Below, in pieces: positions 1-15,460 of a DNA stretch of 64,000 bases. Source of the stretch: a plasmid. Every line of letters starts with the position of its first letter. Positions within the stretch are counted from its first letter, which is position 1. The DNA lies in sequence record CP109674.1. One strand, 5' to 3'. A program made the translations under genes and the position numbers. The notes below the pieces were generated by a model, which searched no databases, was not told the origin of the DNA, and saw nothing but the letters and a program-made list of their open reading frames with translations.

Positions 1-771
1 CACCATGTGCGGCACGACGAGACCAATAAAACTTATCGGGCCACAGACGGCCACGCCGGTTGCTGTCATCGCGACAGCCAGCATCAGCCCCTGGAACCGG
101 GTGCGCTGAACCGACACGCCGAGCGTGGCTGCTCGTGCATCGCCCAGCGCCAGCAGGTCGAGATCGCGACAAAAGCGCAGGCTCAGCGGCAAAAACAGAA
201 TGAGCAACGGCACGGCAATCTTCACAAAGTGCCAGTCGCGCCCCCATAAGCTACCCGTCAGCCACAGCAGGGCACTGTTTACATCCTGCGGGTGCAGGAG
301 CATCAGGTAATCCGTCAGGCTCGCCCAGCAGGCGGAAAGCGCCACGCCGGTGAGCGCCAGCTTCATCGGCTGGTGGGTCTTTGCCAGCATCTTCAGCAAG
401 ATCAACCCCGCCATACCGCCCGCAAAGGCCAGCAGCGGCAGCACCATCACGGATAGTGATGGCATAAGAAGCAGTGCTCCCACAGAGGCAAGGCTGGCGG
501 CATGGTTAATGCCGAGAATATCCGGTGATGCTAGCGGGTTACGCACAATCCCCTGTACCAGCACGCCCGCCACGGCGAGGGCTGCACCGACAAACAGTGC
601 CAGCAGCAAGCGCGGCAGTCGGTACTCCATCAATACATAATAATGCTCGCGTCCGTCCTGCCAGTCGGTCAGCAGCGCGCGCCACGGCACGGGGATCACC
701 CCCATATGGAGTGATAACAGCGCACAGCCTGCCAGGGCAAGGGTGATGAAAATGACCAGCGCAATTTTCAT
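1..771 (-). CDS. fecD: Ferric citrate ABC permease FecD (partial; C-terminus lies beyond the window start)
   Basis: Minus-strand frame open from the window edge. The ATG at 771 overlaps the fecC stop (ATGA). Position and membrane character are consistent with fecD of the fecABCDE operon. Confidence 0.7.
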   Translation of the reverse strand, partial: MKIALVIFITLALAGCALLSLHMGVIPVPWRALLTDWQDGREHYYVLMEYRLPRLLLALFVGAALAVAGVLVQGIVRNPLASPDILGINHAASLASVGALLLMPSLSVMVLPLLAFAGGMAGLILLKMLAKTHQPMKLALTGVALSACWASLTDYLMLLHPQDVNSALLWLTGSLWGRDWHFVKIAVPLLILFLPLSLRFCRDLDLLALGDARAATLGVSVQRTRFQGLMLAVAMTATGVAVCGPISFIGLVVPHMV

Positions 772-1766
772 CCTCGCCTCCTCACCAGCCAGACAAAGCA
801 AGGACTGCCAATCAGCGCCAGCACTGCGCCTGCGGGCAGATCGCCGGGGAAGGCCAGCGCGCGTGCGAGTACATCTGCCATCAGCATCAGCGTGGCCCCC
901 AGCAGCATGCTCACCGGCAGTACGTTGCGCTGATCGAAGCCTGCCCAGAAGCGCGCCAGATGTGGCACCAGCAGGCCGATAAACGCCACCGGACCTGCCA
1001 CACTGACGCACGCGCCAACCAGAAGCAGCACTAACATATTGATTATCAAACGTAGTCTCGGCAGGTTCACTCCCAGCGTATGGGCGGTACTGTCGCTGAC
1101 GTTGAGCAGGTTCAGTTGATTCGCCAGCAGCAACACGACAGGGACTGCAGTGACCACCACCGGCAAGAGCTGCCAGACATCCTGCCAGTGGGCGTGGGAC
1201 ACTCCGCCTGCCAGCCAGTAAAAGATGCCGTAAGCATGATCTTCGGCCAGCAGTAGGGTGATGCGGGTCAGGGCCATACAAAAGGCCGACAGCGCGATAC
1301 CCGCGAGGATCAGTTTGTTTCTGTCCTGGGTATGACGAAACCCGCCTCCTGCGGTCATGACCAGCAGCCAGCTCACGCCGCCCCCGCATGCCGCGATGAA
1401 CGACAGGGAATAGCCTGCAACCGGCGTCGGACTCAGCGCGCTGGTAAGCGCCATAGCCAGCGCCGCGCCGCTGTTAATGCCGAGCAGTGAAGGAGAGGCC
1501 ATTGGGTTGTGGGTCAGGGTTTGCAGCAGCGTGCCCGCGAGCGCCAGGCTTGCGCCGATCAGAACGGCGACCAGGCTTCGCGGCAAACGAAGGTTTTGCA
1601 CCAGCGCTTCTGGTAGCGTTGGCGTGTGTCCAGGCAGCAGGGCGCGGATTGCGTCTGCTCCGGAAACAGGAATGGCCGAGTAGCAAAACAGACTCAGCCA
1701 GAAAATAATAATAAGTACTGCAACGGGAAGCCCCCACAGCAGCACCGGGTGTTTTAGCGCGGTCAT
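768..1766 (-). CDS. fecC: Ferric citrate ABC permease FecC
   Basis: 332-aa ORF, FecCD-family permease. Placement downstream of fecB matches the fec operon order. Confidence 0.8.
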   Translation of the reverse strand: MTALKHPVLLWGLPVAVLIIIFWLSLFCYSAIPVSGADAIRALLPGHTPTLPEALVQNLRLPRSLVAVLIGASLALAGTLLQTLTHNPMASPSLLGINSGAALAMALTSALSPTPVAGYSLSFIAACGGGVSWLLVMTAGGGFRHTQDRNKLILAGIALSAFCMALTRITLLLAEDHAYGIFYWLAGGVSHAHWQDVWQLLPVVVTAVPVVLLLANQLNLLNVSDSTAHTLGVNLPRLRLIINMLVLLLVGACVSVAGPVAFIGLLVPHLARFWAGFDQRNVLPVSMLLGATLMLMADVLARALAFPGDLPAGAVLALIGSPCFVWLVRRRG

Positions 1767-2671
1767 TTCACATCGGTAAGCGGCTGATGGTGGAAGATTT
1801 TTACCGTGTCAGCGGCAATACGCTCTGCGGCAAAAATACCGCGCATCCGCGCCCAGGCGTTACTGTCGACTGAAGCAACCTGCTGCTTCTGCGCGGCGGT
1901 TAATATCTGCCAGAGCGGATCTTGTTGCCAGCGTTTAACAATGCTCTCTTCGCGATAGTGGGCAACCAGCAGCCAGGCAGGATTGACCGCCAGCAGTTGC
2001 TCCAGGCCGATGGACGGCATGGACGCGCCCGCCATCGCAGCGGGAACGTTCAGCCCCAGAGAAGCCAGCACGCTGCCGGTCCAGGTCTCCTGGGTATGCA
2101 GGTTGAATAGCTGTTCGCGTGATGTGCCAAAGGCCACGCGTGTCCCTGTGGGAAGCTGGCTGGCCCACTGCGCCATCTTCTCTTTATGTTGTTCCAGACG
2201 CGCCTGCATCTCTCGTTTTTTACCTACCACTTCGCCGATGATAGCCGCTGAGTGCAAATTTTCAGCGTAGGTTTCGTTGCGGGACTTAAGCAGCAGTACC
2301 GGCGCGATTTGCTGCAAGGCGGTGTAAATCCCCGCATGGCGACTGCTGTCGGCAATGATCAGGTCTGGTTTCAGGGCAGCAATGGCTTCCAGGCTCGGCT
2401 GCGCGCGCGTTCCGACGGACTGCCACGGTTTCAGGTGCGCACGCACTTCGGGCAGGATGCGTTTTGCATCGTTATCGTCGGCAATACCGATCGGGCTGAC
2501 GTCCACGGCGGCCAGCGCATCGGCGAACGAGAGTTCCAGCACCACAATCCGTTGTGGCGTTTTATCGAGTGTAAACGTGCCGTGTTCGTCCTGAACCGTG
2601 GCGGCAAAGGCGTGGCCGATCACCAGCAGCAGGCCTGCAAAAAGAAAACGGATAAATGCCAACATAGTCAC
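1763..2671 (-). CDS. fecB: Periplasmic ferric-citrate binding protein FecB
   Basis: 302-aa ORF with a signal peptide. Its start overlaps the fecC start region and it lies downstream of fecA. Confidence 0.8.
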   Translation of the reverse strand: MTMLAFIRFLFAGLLLVIGHAFAATVQDEHGTFTLDKTPQRIVVLELSFADALAAVDVSPIGIADDNDAKRILPEVRAHLKPWQSVGTRAQPSLEAIAALKPDLIIADSSRHAGIYTALQQIAPVLLLKSRNETYAENLHSAAIIGEVVGKKREMQARLEQHKEKMAQWASQLPTGTRVAFGTSREQLFNLHTQETWTGSVLASLGLNVPAAMAGASMPSIGLEQLLAVNPAWLLVAHYREESIVKRWQQDPLWQILTAAQKQQVASVDSNAWARMRGIFAAERIAADTVKIFHHQPLTDVK

Positions 2672-2709
2672 ATTCCAGCTAAAAGCCCGGCAAGCCGGGC
2701 GTTAACACA

Positions 2710-6070
<3,361 letters not shown>

Positions 6071-6074
<4 letters not shown>

Positions 6075-6592
6075 AACCCATGCTCCAGACGAAACAGCAG
6101 GCAGTGCTCGACGGCTTTCGCCACGTATTTTTTCACGGAGCTGACGGAAACACCGAGTTTGTGCGCAATCTCGCTGTATGTCAGGCCATCCAGTTGCGAA
6201 AGCAGAAACGCTTCACGTGTTTTTCCGTTTAGCCCGTCCAGCATGCTGTCGACGAGTTGTAGGGTCTCGAGCTGGCTTTCGCGTTCCTCAGGTGAAGGCG
6301 CTACCCCCTCCGGCATAAGCGCCAGCATCTCCAGATACGCTTTTTCCAGCGCGTTTCGGCGAAACAGGTCCACCATCACGCGTTTGGCGATAGCGCACAG
6401 GAAAGAGCGAGGATCGCGGATCGTCGAGAGCGTTTCGCTGCTCATTACCCGCAAAAAAGTGTCCTGGGCAATGTCATCTGCATCAAAGGCAGACTGGAGT
6501 TTGCGCGTCAGCCAACTTTTCAACCAGCCGTGATGGGTGTCATAAAGCGACTCGAACGTTAAGGAAGCTGTGGTAGTGGCACGGTCAGACAT
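6071..6592 (-). CDS. fecI: ECF sigma factor FecI
   Basis: 173-aa ORF with sigma-70 region 2 and region 4 features. Confidence 0.85.
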
Positions 6593-6610
6593 GCGGAGTG
6601 CATCAAAAGT

Positions 6611-6655
6611 TAATTATCACGTAGCCATATTAATATGAGAATGGTTATCATTACA
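6611..6655 (-). promoter_or_regulatory. Fur box / fecIR promoter region
   Basis: GAGAATGGTTATCATTAC at 6637-6654 matches 15 of 19 positions of the Fur consensus GATAATGATAATCATTATC. It lies directly upstream of the fecI start on the minus strand. Confidence 0.55.
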
Positions 6656-7005
6656 ATTGGAAATAAAATTGTTTCCAATAAACATTTTTAACATGTTGTT
6701 TTTCTAAGTGTTATAAGGTAGGTATAAAATGGGATGGATCCTCTGCTTCTGGCATCTGTCGGTCAGAATGACATCATGATGTGGTCAACTATGAGTGTTG
6801 CCTGAAATGTCGCCAGCCCCCGGTACAGCAGAAGTATCTCGGGCTTTCTGCGTTTGCTCCTGGTGGGTATGGCCCCCGCAAGCGGGGGTTATTGCTAACT
6901 GTCGTTTCAACAAAAAGTAACTTTTTTCACTTTGCCCCTCAGTACAAATTAGGGGCTTGCCGCGGATGTACCATGCCTGAATATCTTCGAGTGATGATTT
7001 GGTGC

Positions 7006-7021
7006 GGCTTTGTTGAATAAA

Positions 7022-7034
<13 letters not shown>
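7006..7034 (+). mobile_element. 29-bp IS903-group end fragment
   Basis: GGCTTTGTTGAATAAATCAGATTTCGGGT is identical to the first 29 bp of the complete IS903B at 57465. The stop codon of the adjacent istA falls inside this fragment. Confidence 0.8.
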
Positions 7035-8146
<1,112 letters not shown>

Positions 8147-8207
8147 GTAAAAGTCCTCATGAGCATGGGGAGTGCGGACGAATTCCTGGACCTTCAGGGG
8201 TTAATTT

Positions 8208-9376
8208 ATGCATTCATACGAGGACCGGATCCGGGCCGTCGAACTCTATTACCGGTACGGAAAGAAAGCCTCCGTTGTCGTCATGGAGCTGGGATATCCT
8301 TCCACAAAACAGCTGGGCCGTTGGGTTCGGATTTATGAAGAGAAGGGCGATTTACCCAGGGAATTAAAGCCAAGAGAACGCTATTCACGGACACAGAAAA
8401 TTGCTGCTGTTGAGCATTATCTTACTCACGGTGGTTGCCTGTCGTACACTCGCCGAGCCATCGGCTACCCCAGTAACGAAATTCTAAAGCGCTGGATTGA
8501 AGAGTTTTACCCAAATGCGCGTCCCCTGGTCATTCGCTCAGGCACAAACAAATGCTTCAGCCCGGAAGAGAGGTCTCAGGCCGTCCGGGAGCTCTGTAAC
8601 CGACGTGGAACCGCGCGTAAAGTTGCACAAAGCATAGGCGTCAGCGTCCCGGTCCTGTACAAATGGAAGAAAGACCTTATCAGTGACGAGGCTTATCAAT
8701 CCATGCGCAAACGAAAGGCAGCCCCTCAAGATAAAAATCAGGATGCTTTACTCGGTGAAATCCAGCGACTCAGGCAGCAGGTTCATCAGCTGCAGCTCGA
8801 ACGTGACATACTGATAAAGGCGAATGAACTGATAAAAAAAGATCTGGGCATCAGCTTTCTGACACTGAAAAACAGGGAGAAAACCCTGATAGTTGATGCC
8901 CTTAAGAAAAAGTACCCCGTTGCTGAGTTGCTAAGCGTTCTGCAACTTGCCCGCAGCTGTTATTTTTACCACAAAGCCAGCAAACGTCTGTGCGATAAGT
9001 ATGCGGAAATACGCGTGATCATGGCCGATATCTTTGAGGAGAATTACCGCTGTTACGGCTACCGGCGCCTTCACGCGATGCTTCGCGGTAACAACAGGGT
9101 TATTTCTGAAAAGGTTGTCCGCAGACTGATGGCAGAAGAGCAGCTCGTTGTTAAGCGCACCAGGCGACGACGATACAACTCTTACTGTGGCGAAATCGGC
9201 CCGGCACCGGAAAATTTACTCGCCCGGGATTTTAGTTCCTGCAGGCCAAATGAGAAGTGGCTGACCGATATTACGGAGTTCCAGCTTCCTGCTGGAAAAG
9301 TCTATCTGTCGCCGGTTATCGACTGCTTTGATGGCCAGGTTGTAAGCTGGTCGATAGGAACACGCCCGGACGCGAC
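8208..9376 (+). pseudogene. IS3-family fused OrfAB transposase, interrupted by insertion of another IS3-family element
   Basis: 396-aa ORF with two HTH regions and a leucine zipper. It enters the DDE domain (…EKWLTDITEF) and then runs into the IR of the inserted element at 9377. After that element (10606 onward) the reading frame hits a stop within about 10 codons. Confidence 0.65.
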
Positions 9377-9394
9377 TGAATCGCCACGGATAAT

Positions 9395-10207
9395 CTAGAC
9401 ACTTCCTAGCCGTTGATAATACTGGTTTTCATATTCTGTCGGTGACATCTGATCGCTGGAACCATGCCGACGCTTACTGTTATAAAACATTTCGATGTAA
9501 TCAAAAATATCGCTGCGGGCTTCTTCCCGCGTTCCGTAGCTCTTTTTCTTTATCCGTTCGCGTTTCAACAACTGGAAAAAGCTTTCTGCAACCGCATTAT
9601 CATGGCAGTTACCGCGACGGCTCATGCTGCCCTCCAGGCCGTGTGATTTCAGGAACGACTGCCACTCATGGCTTGTGTACTGACTGCCCTGATCCGAATG
9701 AACCAGCACCTGTTTTTGGGGATTACGGCGCCATACAGCCATCAGCAGTGCGTTCAGGACAATGTCCTTTGTCATCCGGGATTGCATGGACCAGCCGATA
9801 ATTTTGCGTGAGAACAGATCAACAACCACGGCAAGATACAGCCAGCCTTCGTGGGTCCTGATGTAGGTTATGTCCGTTACCCAACGCTTATCCGGAGCAT
9901 CCGGATTGAACTGTCGCTGGAGCCTGTTGGGCGACACGATACTGGCCTCGCCTTTACGTGCCCGCGGGCTCCGGTATCCGACCTGAGCCTTTATCCCGAC
10001 ACGTTTCATCAGTCGCCAGACTCTGTTCACTCCGCACTGTTGCCCGCTGTCCCGCAGATCCAGATGGATTTTGCGATAACCATAGACGCATCCCGATTCC
10101 AGCCAGAACTGTTTAATCTGTCCTGTCAGTCTCAGGTCTGCCTGATGGCGTTGTGAATGCGGCTGCTGAAGCCAGGCGTAAAAACCACTGGGATGAACAT
10201 CCAGCAC
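9395..10207 (-). CDS. IS3-family transposase OrfB (DDE domain), expressed by -1 frameshift from orfA
   Basis: 270-aa ORF with DDE motifs, overlapping the orfA frame. Confidence 0.8.
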   Translation of the reverse strand: MLDVHPSGFYAWLQQPHSQRHQADLRLTGQIKQFWLESGCVYGYRKIHLDLRDSGQQCGVNRVWRLMKRVGIKAQVGYRSPRARKGEASIVSPNRLQRQFNPDAPDKRWVTDITYIRTHEGWLYLAVVVDLFSRKIIGWSMQSRMTKDIVLNALLMAVWRRNPQKQVLVHSDQGSQYTSHEWQSFLKSHGLEGSMSRRGNCHDNAVAESFFQLLKRERIKKKSYGTREEARSDIFDYIEMFYNSKRRHGSSDQMSPTEYENQYYQRLGSV

Positions 10208-10263
10208 CCGACAGAGCAGGCGAACAGGCCAGCAACAGGTGTTGTCACGGATAAAGGCGTACC

Positions 10264-10548
10264 TCAGTCGGACAGCTTTGCGAAGTACGCCGCGGCTTTT
10301 TTTAATATGTCCCGTTCGTCGGTAACCCGCTTCAGCTCTTTCTGGAGACGGCGGATCTCGGCCTGAGCATCTGACTGTTCTTTATTAGCGGAAGAATCCG
10401 GACCGTACTTCTTTATCCAGGCGTAAAGGCTGTGGGTGGTGATATCGAGACGTGTTGCAACGCTGGCAACAGAATAACCGCGATCAACAACCTGTTTGAC
10501 TGCTTCAGTTTTAAACTCTTCGGGATAACGCTTACCGCTCATGGGCAC
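10264..10548 (-). CDS. IS3-family transposase OrfA (HTH)
   Basis: 94-aa ORF with an N-terminal HTH and a C-terminal leucine zipper, typical of IS3-family OrfA. Confidence 0.8.
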   Translation of the reverse strand: MPMSGKRYPEEFKTEAVKQVVDRGYSVASVATRLDITTHSLYAWIKKYGPDSSANKEQSDAQAEIRRLQKELKRVTDERDILKKAAAYFAKLSD

Positions 10549-10851
10549 CTCTCTTTAAGCCATCTTAAATGACTCTGAGGTGTCTGTTAAACCCGTGGCG
10601 ATTCAATCGCGTAGCCTGCGAACATATTAACCTGGTATCTTGTTAACGGGGTTAGAGGGCCAGTCGTGTAAAAAACCACGTTAGCCGACTATTTATTTGA
10701 ATAACATAATATTTTAACTGATATGCCAGCGTTCATCCTGACTTATCTGAACAGGGCTCCGCCTGTAAAATGTGAAAGATAGAAAGGTAATTATTTATAA
10801 TAAAATTAAATAATTTCAATTTTCTCTTCAGAATATACACTGACAGTGTGA

Positions 10852-10880
10852 AAAAACCCCCGTTATCACGGGGATTTTCC
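10852..10880 (-). terminator. Rho-independent terminator downstream of nhaA
   Basis: The reverse complement reads GGAAAATCCCCGTGATAACGGGGGTTTTTTC: a GC-rich hairpin followed by a T-tract, 14 nt after the nhaA stop. Confidence 0.7.
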
Positions 10881-10893
10881 TGTAGATAATACG

Positions 10894-12075
10894 TTACCTG
10901 ACTTGCTTAGAAGGCGCAAAGCGCAGTATCAAAATACCGGCCAGAGCGGCCAGTATGGACCCTGCCAGAACCCCCACCTTGACCTCATCAACGAGCAGAG
11001 GGCTGCCTGTAAAGGCCAGATTGCCGATAAACAGGCTCATGGTAAAACCAATCCCACACAGTACCGAGACACCATAAACCTGTAACCAGGTACTTTTCTC
11101 TGGTCGTTTCGCCAGGCCCAGGCTGACGGCCAGTAGCGACAGGCCAAAGATACCTGCCTGTTTACCCAAAAACAGGCCCAGCGCCACGCCTACCGGAACC
11201 GGCGACAACAGGTCATTCATCGTCATGCCCGACAACGCGACGCCCGCATTGGCGAAGCCAAACAGCGGCAGTATCATAAACGTGACCCAGGGGTTGATGG
11301 CATGCTCAAGCCTGTCCAGAGGCACTTCATCAGCCGCATTCCTGGTTCGCAGCGGGATAAAGAACGCCAGCAGGATACCCGCGACGGTGGCATGCACGCC
11401 TGACTGAAGCATGAAAAACCACAGTACTCCCCCCGTCAGCAGATAGGGCAGCAGGCGCGTCACGCCGGCACGGTTCAGGCTAAACAGCAGAGCAACCATT
11501 GCCGCTGCACCACCCAGCATCAGAAGCGAAATGTTGCTGGTATAGAAGAGCGCGATGATAGCCACCGCCCCCATGTCATCCAGAATAGCCAGCGCCGACA
11601 GGAAAATTTTTAGCGAGACTGGCACACGACTGCCCAGTAAGGCGAGTACACCGAGCGCAAAAGCAATATCCGTGGCCGCCGGGATGGCCCAGCCGGAAAG
11701 GGTTTCGTCATGACCGGCATTAAACCCCACGTAAATCAGGGCAGGTACGGCCAGACCACCCAGTGCGGCAAAGCCCGGCAACGCACGCTGGCTCCAGGTG
11801 GCTAACTGGCCGGTGACAAGCTCACGCTTGATTTCCAGCCCGACCATCATAAAGAATACGGCCATCAGGGCATCGTTTATCCAGTGCTCAACGGACAGGC
11901 CTGCTGTTTTGTATTTCAGGAGTGTTTCATAACCTTCCCTGAGGGGCGAATTGGCCACGATGATAGCGGCTGCCGAAGCAATAATAAGCACAATACCGCC
12001 CGCTACAGGTGAACTGAAAAAATTAGAAACGGGCTTGATAACTTTTCTGGTTAATCCGATTGGGTTTTCTGTCAC
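10894..12075 (-). CDS. nhaA: Na+/H+ antiporter NhaA homologue (diverged); no nhaR nearby
   Basis: 393-aa ORF with NhaA hallmark segments (…[11 protein letters not shown]…GLEIKRE…, …[24 protein letters not shown]…LKIFL…[15 protein letters not shown]). Confidence 0.8.
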   Translation of the reverse strand: MTENPIGLTRKVIKPVSNFFSSPVAGGIVLIIASAAAIIVANSPLREGYETLLKYKTAGLSVEHWINDALMAVFFMMVGLEIKRELVTGQLATWSQRALPGFAALGGLAVPALIYVGFNAGHDETLSGWAIPAATDIAFALGVLALLGSRVPVSLKIFLSALAILDDMGAVAIIALFYTSNISLLMLGGAAAMVALLFSLNRAGVTRLLPYLLTGGVLWFFMLQSGVHATVAGILLAFFIPLRTRNAADEVPLDRLEHAINPWVTFMILPLFGFANAGVALSGMTMNDLLSPVPVGVALGLFLGKQAGIFGLSLLAVSLGLAKRPEKSTWLQVYGVSVLCGIGFTMSLFIGNLAFTGSPLLVDEVKVGVLAGSILAALAGILILRFAPSKQVR

Positions 12076-12701
12076 TTAATCTCCCCCTGAGATGTTGACT
12101 TACGAATTGTGAATCAGGCAACCCAGAGACTGTGCACTCCAAAAATGCAATGCACAGCCTGATTGACTGATGTAAGAAATTTAGATAATTAAATTAATAA
12201 GTTAAATTCGGTCGGTCTGTGGTTACATTTTATCATGCACCGTCAGGTAAATGGCCGCCTTCAGGTAAATTATCGTAAAGCGAAGCCTTGGCGGGGCTAG
12301 GGTGCGTTTCCATTCTGAGAAATTTGCTCAGTCTGTTTCCAGAACATGGCTGAAATTTACTATCCGCCGCGTGTCAGTAAATAGTATCTGTCAGTAAGAG
12401 CTGGCAACGTAAACTGACACGGGTAGTGATGGAAAATGATTACACAGGACACCGTTTGCAGACAGATGCTGCTCTGAGCCGCATTATCCTGAAAAGCCTG
12501 AACAGCAGCTGATGGATAATTATCCGTCCATGCCGGTGACGAATGGCTGTCAGAAAAGACATACCACAGGTCAAAATGGCGCATTTCGTTAACACTGAGG
12601 CCAGAAGTTTTGGGCTGGATATATTTATTGCTTGCCGGATGCTGTGAGATCTTTTACGCGGCGGCCATTCCGCGGACCGACGGGTTCACCCGGTTATGGC
12701 C

Positions 12702-12739
12702 GGGGTCGGTTCCGGCTGAGGGCGAAATGACACCCTAAG
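12702..12739 (+). repeat. 38-bp terminal IR of a Tn5403-like Tn3-family transposon (tnpR end)
   Basis: GGGGTCGGTTCCGGCTGAGGGCGAAATGACACCCTAAG. An identical copy lies at 23592-23629. The tnpR stop lies inside the IR. Confidence 0.8.
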
Positions 12740-13340
12740 CGTTAGCTCTGTGTCGTTGCACGATGTCAGCGACGGTATTCTTGCTGATACCGAGCTCGCG
12801 TGCGATCCAGCGATAGCTGCGTCCCTCGGCCCTCATCGCAACCACCTTAGGCAAAAGTCGGTCTGATTTTGGTCGCACTCCGGCCTGACGACCAAGCCTC
12901 TTACCACGTGCCTTCGCAACAGCAAGGCCTGACTTGACCCGCTCGCTGATGAGATCCCGCTCAAACTCCGCAATGCCGGAAAGAAACGTCGCCAGCATTC
13001 GTCCATACGGCGACGAAAGATCGAACGCCATTCCATTCATGGCTATCACGGAAACCTTCCAGTTCTCCAGTTCACGTAGCGTATTGAGCAGATCGAGCGT
13101 CGAGCGCCCCCACCGGGAAAGCTCAGTGACCAGGATTGCATCAATTTGTCTGGACTGGGCAAGCGCCAGGACTTTCTTTCGCTCGGCCCGGTCGAGTTTA
13201 GTTCCTGAACCTGTTTCCTTAAATATTCCCACCACGTCGTAGCCGGCACGGCCGGCGAAGGCTCGCAGATCAAATTCCTGGCGTTCACAAGACTGATCCG
13301 CTGTTGAAACCCGGCAGTAAATGGCGGCACGATGTCCCAA
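12735..13340 (-). CDS. tnpR: Serine recombinase/resolvase TnpR of the Tn5403-like transposon
   Basis: 201-aa ORF with an N-terminal catalytic Ser motif (AIYCRVSTADQ) and a C-terminal HTH. It is divergent from tnpA. Confidence 0.8.
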   Translation of the reverse strand: MGHRAAIYCRVSTADQSCERQEFDLRAFAGRAGYDVVGIFKETGSGTKLDRAERKKVLALAQSRQIDAILVTELSRWGRSTLDLLNTLRELENWKVSVIAMNGMAFDLSSPYGRMLATFLSGIAEFERDLISERVKSGLAVAKARGKRLGRQAGVRPKSDRLLPKVVAMRAEGRSYRWIARELGISKNTVADIVQRHRANA

Positions 13341-13434
13341 TTGAACCCTCCTGGATTTTTGTATCGGAACGCCCTGATTTATATGGGCTGGCTGTTGTCC
13401 AAAACAGACTATACTTCAAAAGGGACGAATTTGT
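13341..13434. promoter_or_regulatory. Probable res site and divergent promoters between tnpR and tnpA
   Basis: 94-bp interval between the divergent tnpR and tnpA genes, as in Tn3-family res regions. Confidence 0.5.
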
Positions 13435-15460
13435 ATGTCACGACGCCATATTTTCACCGAACGGCAGCGAGCAGCGCTGTTCGATCTGCCCACGGACGAA
13501 CTGTCGCTACTGAAGTTCTACACGCTGGGCGATGATGACCTGGAAAACATTAGGCAGCGCCGCAGACCGGAAAACAGGATTGGCTTTGCCCTGCAACTTT
13601 GTGCCTTACGATATCCGGGCCGTGCACTGGCTCCTGGTGAGATGATCCCGCGTGAAGTCCTTTCCTTCGTCGGTGCTCAGCTTGGAGTTCCGGCTGATGC
13701 GCTTCTCACTTATGCCACACGGCGCCAAACCCGTCAGCAGCACATGGACACGCTGCGCGAAATTTACGGCTACAAGACCTTCACGGGCCGTGGTGCCCGT
13801 GATCTGCGGGAGTGGACTTTCGGCCAGGCCGAAGATGCCAGATCAAACGAGGATCTTGCTCATCGTTTTATTGTGCGGTGTCGGGAAACTTCCACCATTC
13901 TGCCCGCAGTATCGACAATCGAGCGCTTGTGCGCGGATGCTCTGGTCGCCGCTGAGCGGCGGATTGAAACGCGGATTGCGGAAAATTTAACAGCGGATGT
14001 TCGCGATCACCTGGACAAACTTCTGAGTGAAATGCTCGCCGGCAATATCAGTCGTTTCATCTGGCTTCGCAACTTCGAGGTTGGTAACAACTCGGCTGCT
14101 GCTAACCGTTTGCTCGACAGGCTCGAATTTCTGCGTACCCTGAATATCAATCATAGTGCTTTGGCCAGCATACCTGCCCATCGCATTGCCCGGCTGCGTC
14201 GGCAGGGTGAACGCTACTTCACCGACGGTTTGCGTGACATCACTTCGGACCGCCGCTGGGCGATCCTTGCCGTCTGTGTTGTGGAGTGGGAAGCGGCGAT
14301 TGCTGATGCCATAGTCGAAACCCATGACAGGATCGTAGGAAAAACCTGGCGGGAAGCGAAGCGCCAGCATGACGAAACAATTTCCGGCTCTAAAGCCACA
14401 CTCACGGATACGATCCGTACCTTCACCGCGCTGGGAGCTTCGTTGCTTGAGGCCCGCAGTGACGGAACCCCGCTGGAGATGGCTGTCGCCAGTTCGGTTG
14501 CATGGGACCGGCTCGCTCAACTGGTAGCGACAGGGACTCAACTCAGCAACACGCTAGCCGATGAGCCTCTTGCATATGTCGGGCAGGGATACCATCGCTT
14601 TCGTCGTTATGCGCCCCGCATGTTGCGCTGTCTGAAGCTCGAAGCCGCGCCGGTCGCCGGACCATTGGTAGCAGCAGCTTTGTCGATCGGAGAGATGAAA
14701 GGTGTTGCATCGCCAGAAAGGCGTTTCCTGCGGCCCAGCTCCAAATGGAACCGTCATTTACGAGCTCAGGAAAAAGGAGATACCCGTCTTTGGGAAGTGG
14801 CGGTACTCTTTCACCTCCGGGATGCTTTTCGTTCCGGAGATGTCTGGCTCGCTCATTCGCGCCGCTATGGTGACCTCAAGCAGGTACTGGTGCCGATGAT
14901 CGCGGCGCAGGAAAATGCAAAACTGGCCGTGCCTTCCAACCCACAGGATTGGCTGGCAGACAGAAAGGCGCGACTCACGATCGCTCTTAAGCGGCTGGCC
15001 CGGGCTGCCCGTAACGGCACTATTCCGCACGGTAGCATAGAAGATGGAACGTTGCGGATCGACAGGTTGACAGCAGACGTGCCGGATGGTGCCGAGGCAC
15101 TCATACTGGATCTGTATCGCCGAATGCCGTCCGTTCGGATTACCGACATGCTGCTTGAAGTTGATGCAGCCCTTGGTTTCACAGATGCGTTTACCCATCT
15201 GAGAACCGGGGCTCCATGTCGCGACCGGATCGGTCTGCTCAACGTCCTGCTCGCTGAAGGGCTCAATCTGGGCCTGCGTAAGATGGCGGAAGCTACAAAC
15301 ACGCATGATTACTGGCAGCTCTCACGCCTTGCCCGCTGGCATGTTGAAAGCGAAGCCATGAACCAGGCATTGGCAATTGTGGTGGCCGCGCAGGGTAAAC
15401 TGCCGATGTCACGCGTCTGGGGGATGGGCACGTCAGCATCGAGCGATGGTCAGTTTTTCC
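13435..15460 (+). pseudogene. tnpA: Tn3-family transposase TnpA, 5' part (aa 1 to about 675), truncated by IS26
   Basis: N-terminus MSRRHIFTERQRAALFDLP… has Tn3-family TnpA architecture. The ORF reads into the IS26 IR at 15461. The 3' part lies at 23625-24504 on the minus strand, and the two parts join in frame (…SSDGQFF|PTARHGE…). Confidence 0.85.

Larger units (their letters stand above)
9377..10605 (-). mobile_element. IS3-family insertion sequence (1229 bp) with orfA (10264-10548) and orfB (9395-10207)
   Basis: Terminal inverted repeats TGAATCGCCACGG… at 9377 and …CCGTGGCGATTCA at 10605. OrfA is a 94-aa HTH/leucine-zipper protein. OrfB is a DDE transposase (…HSDQGSQYTS…) in the -1 frame relative to orfA. 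Confidence 0.85.

Noticed and set aside
8208-9398. The 396-aa ORF as a functional transposase
   Set aside because: It stops inside the IR of the inserted IS3-family element and lacks most of its DDE domain, so it is a remnant.
13652-15306. Several ORFs (112, 184, 182 and 145 aa) overlapping the Tn5403-like tnpA on both strands
   Set aside because: Same reason: alternative-frame artefacts within a confirmed transposase gene.
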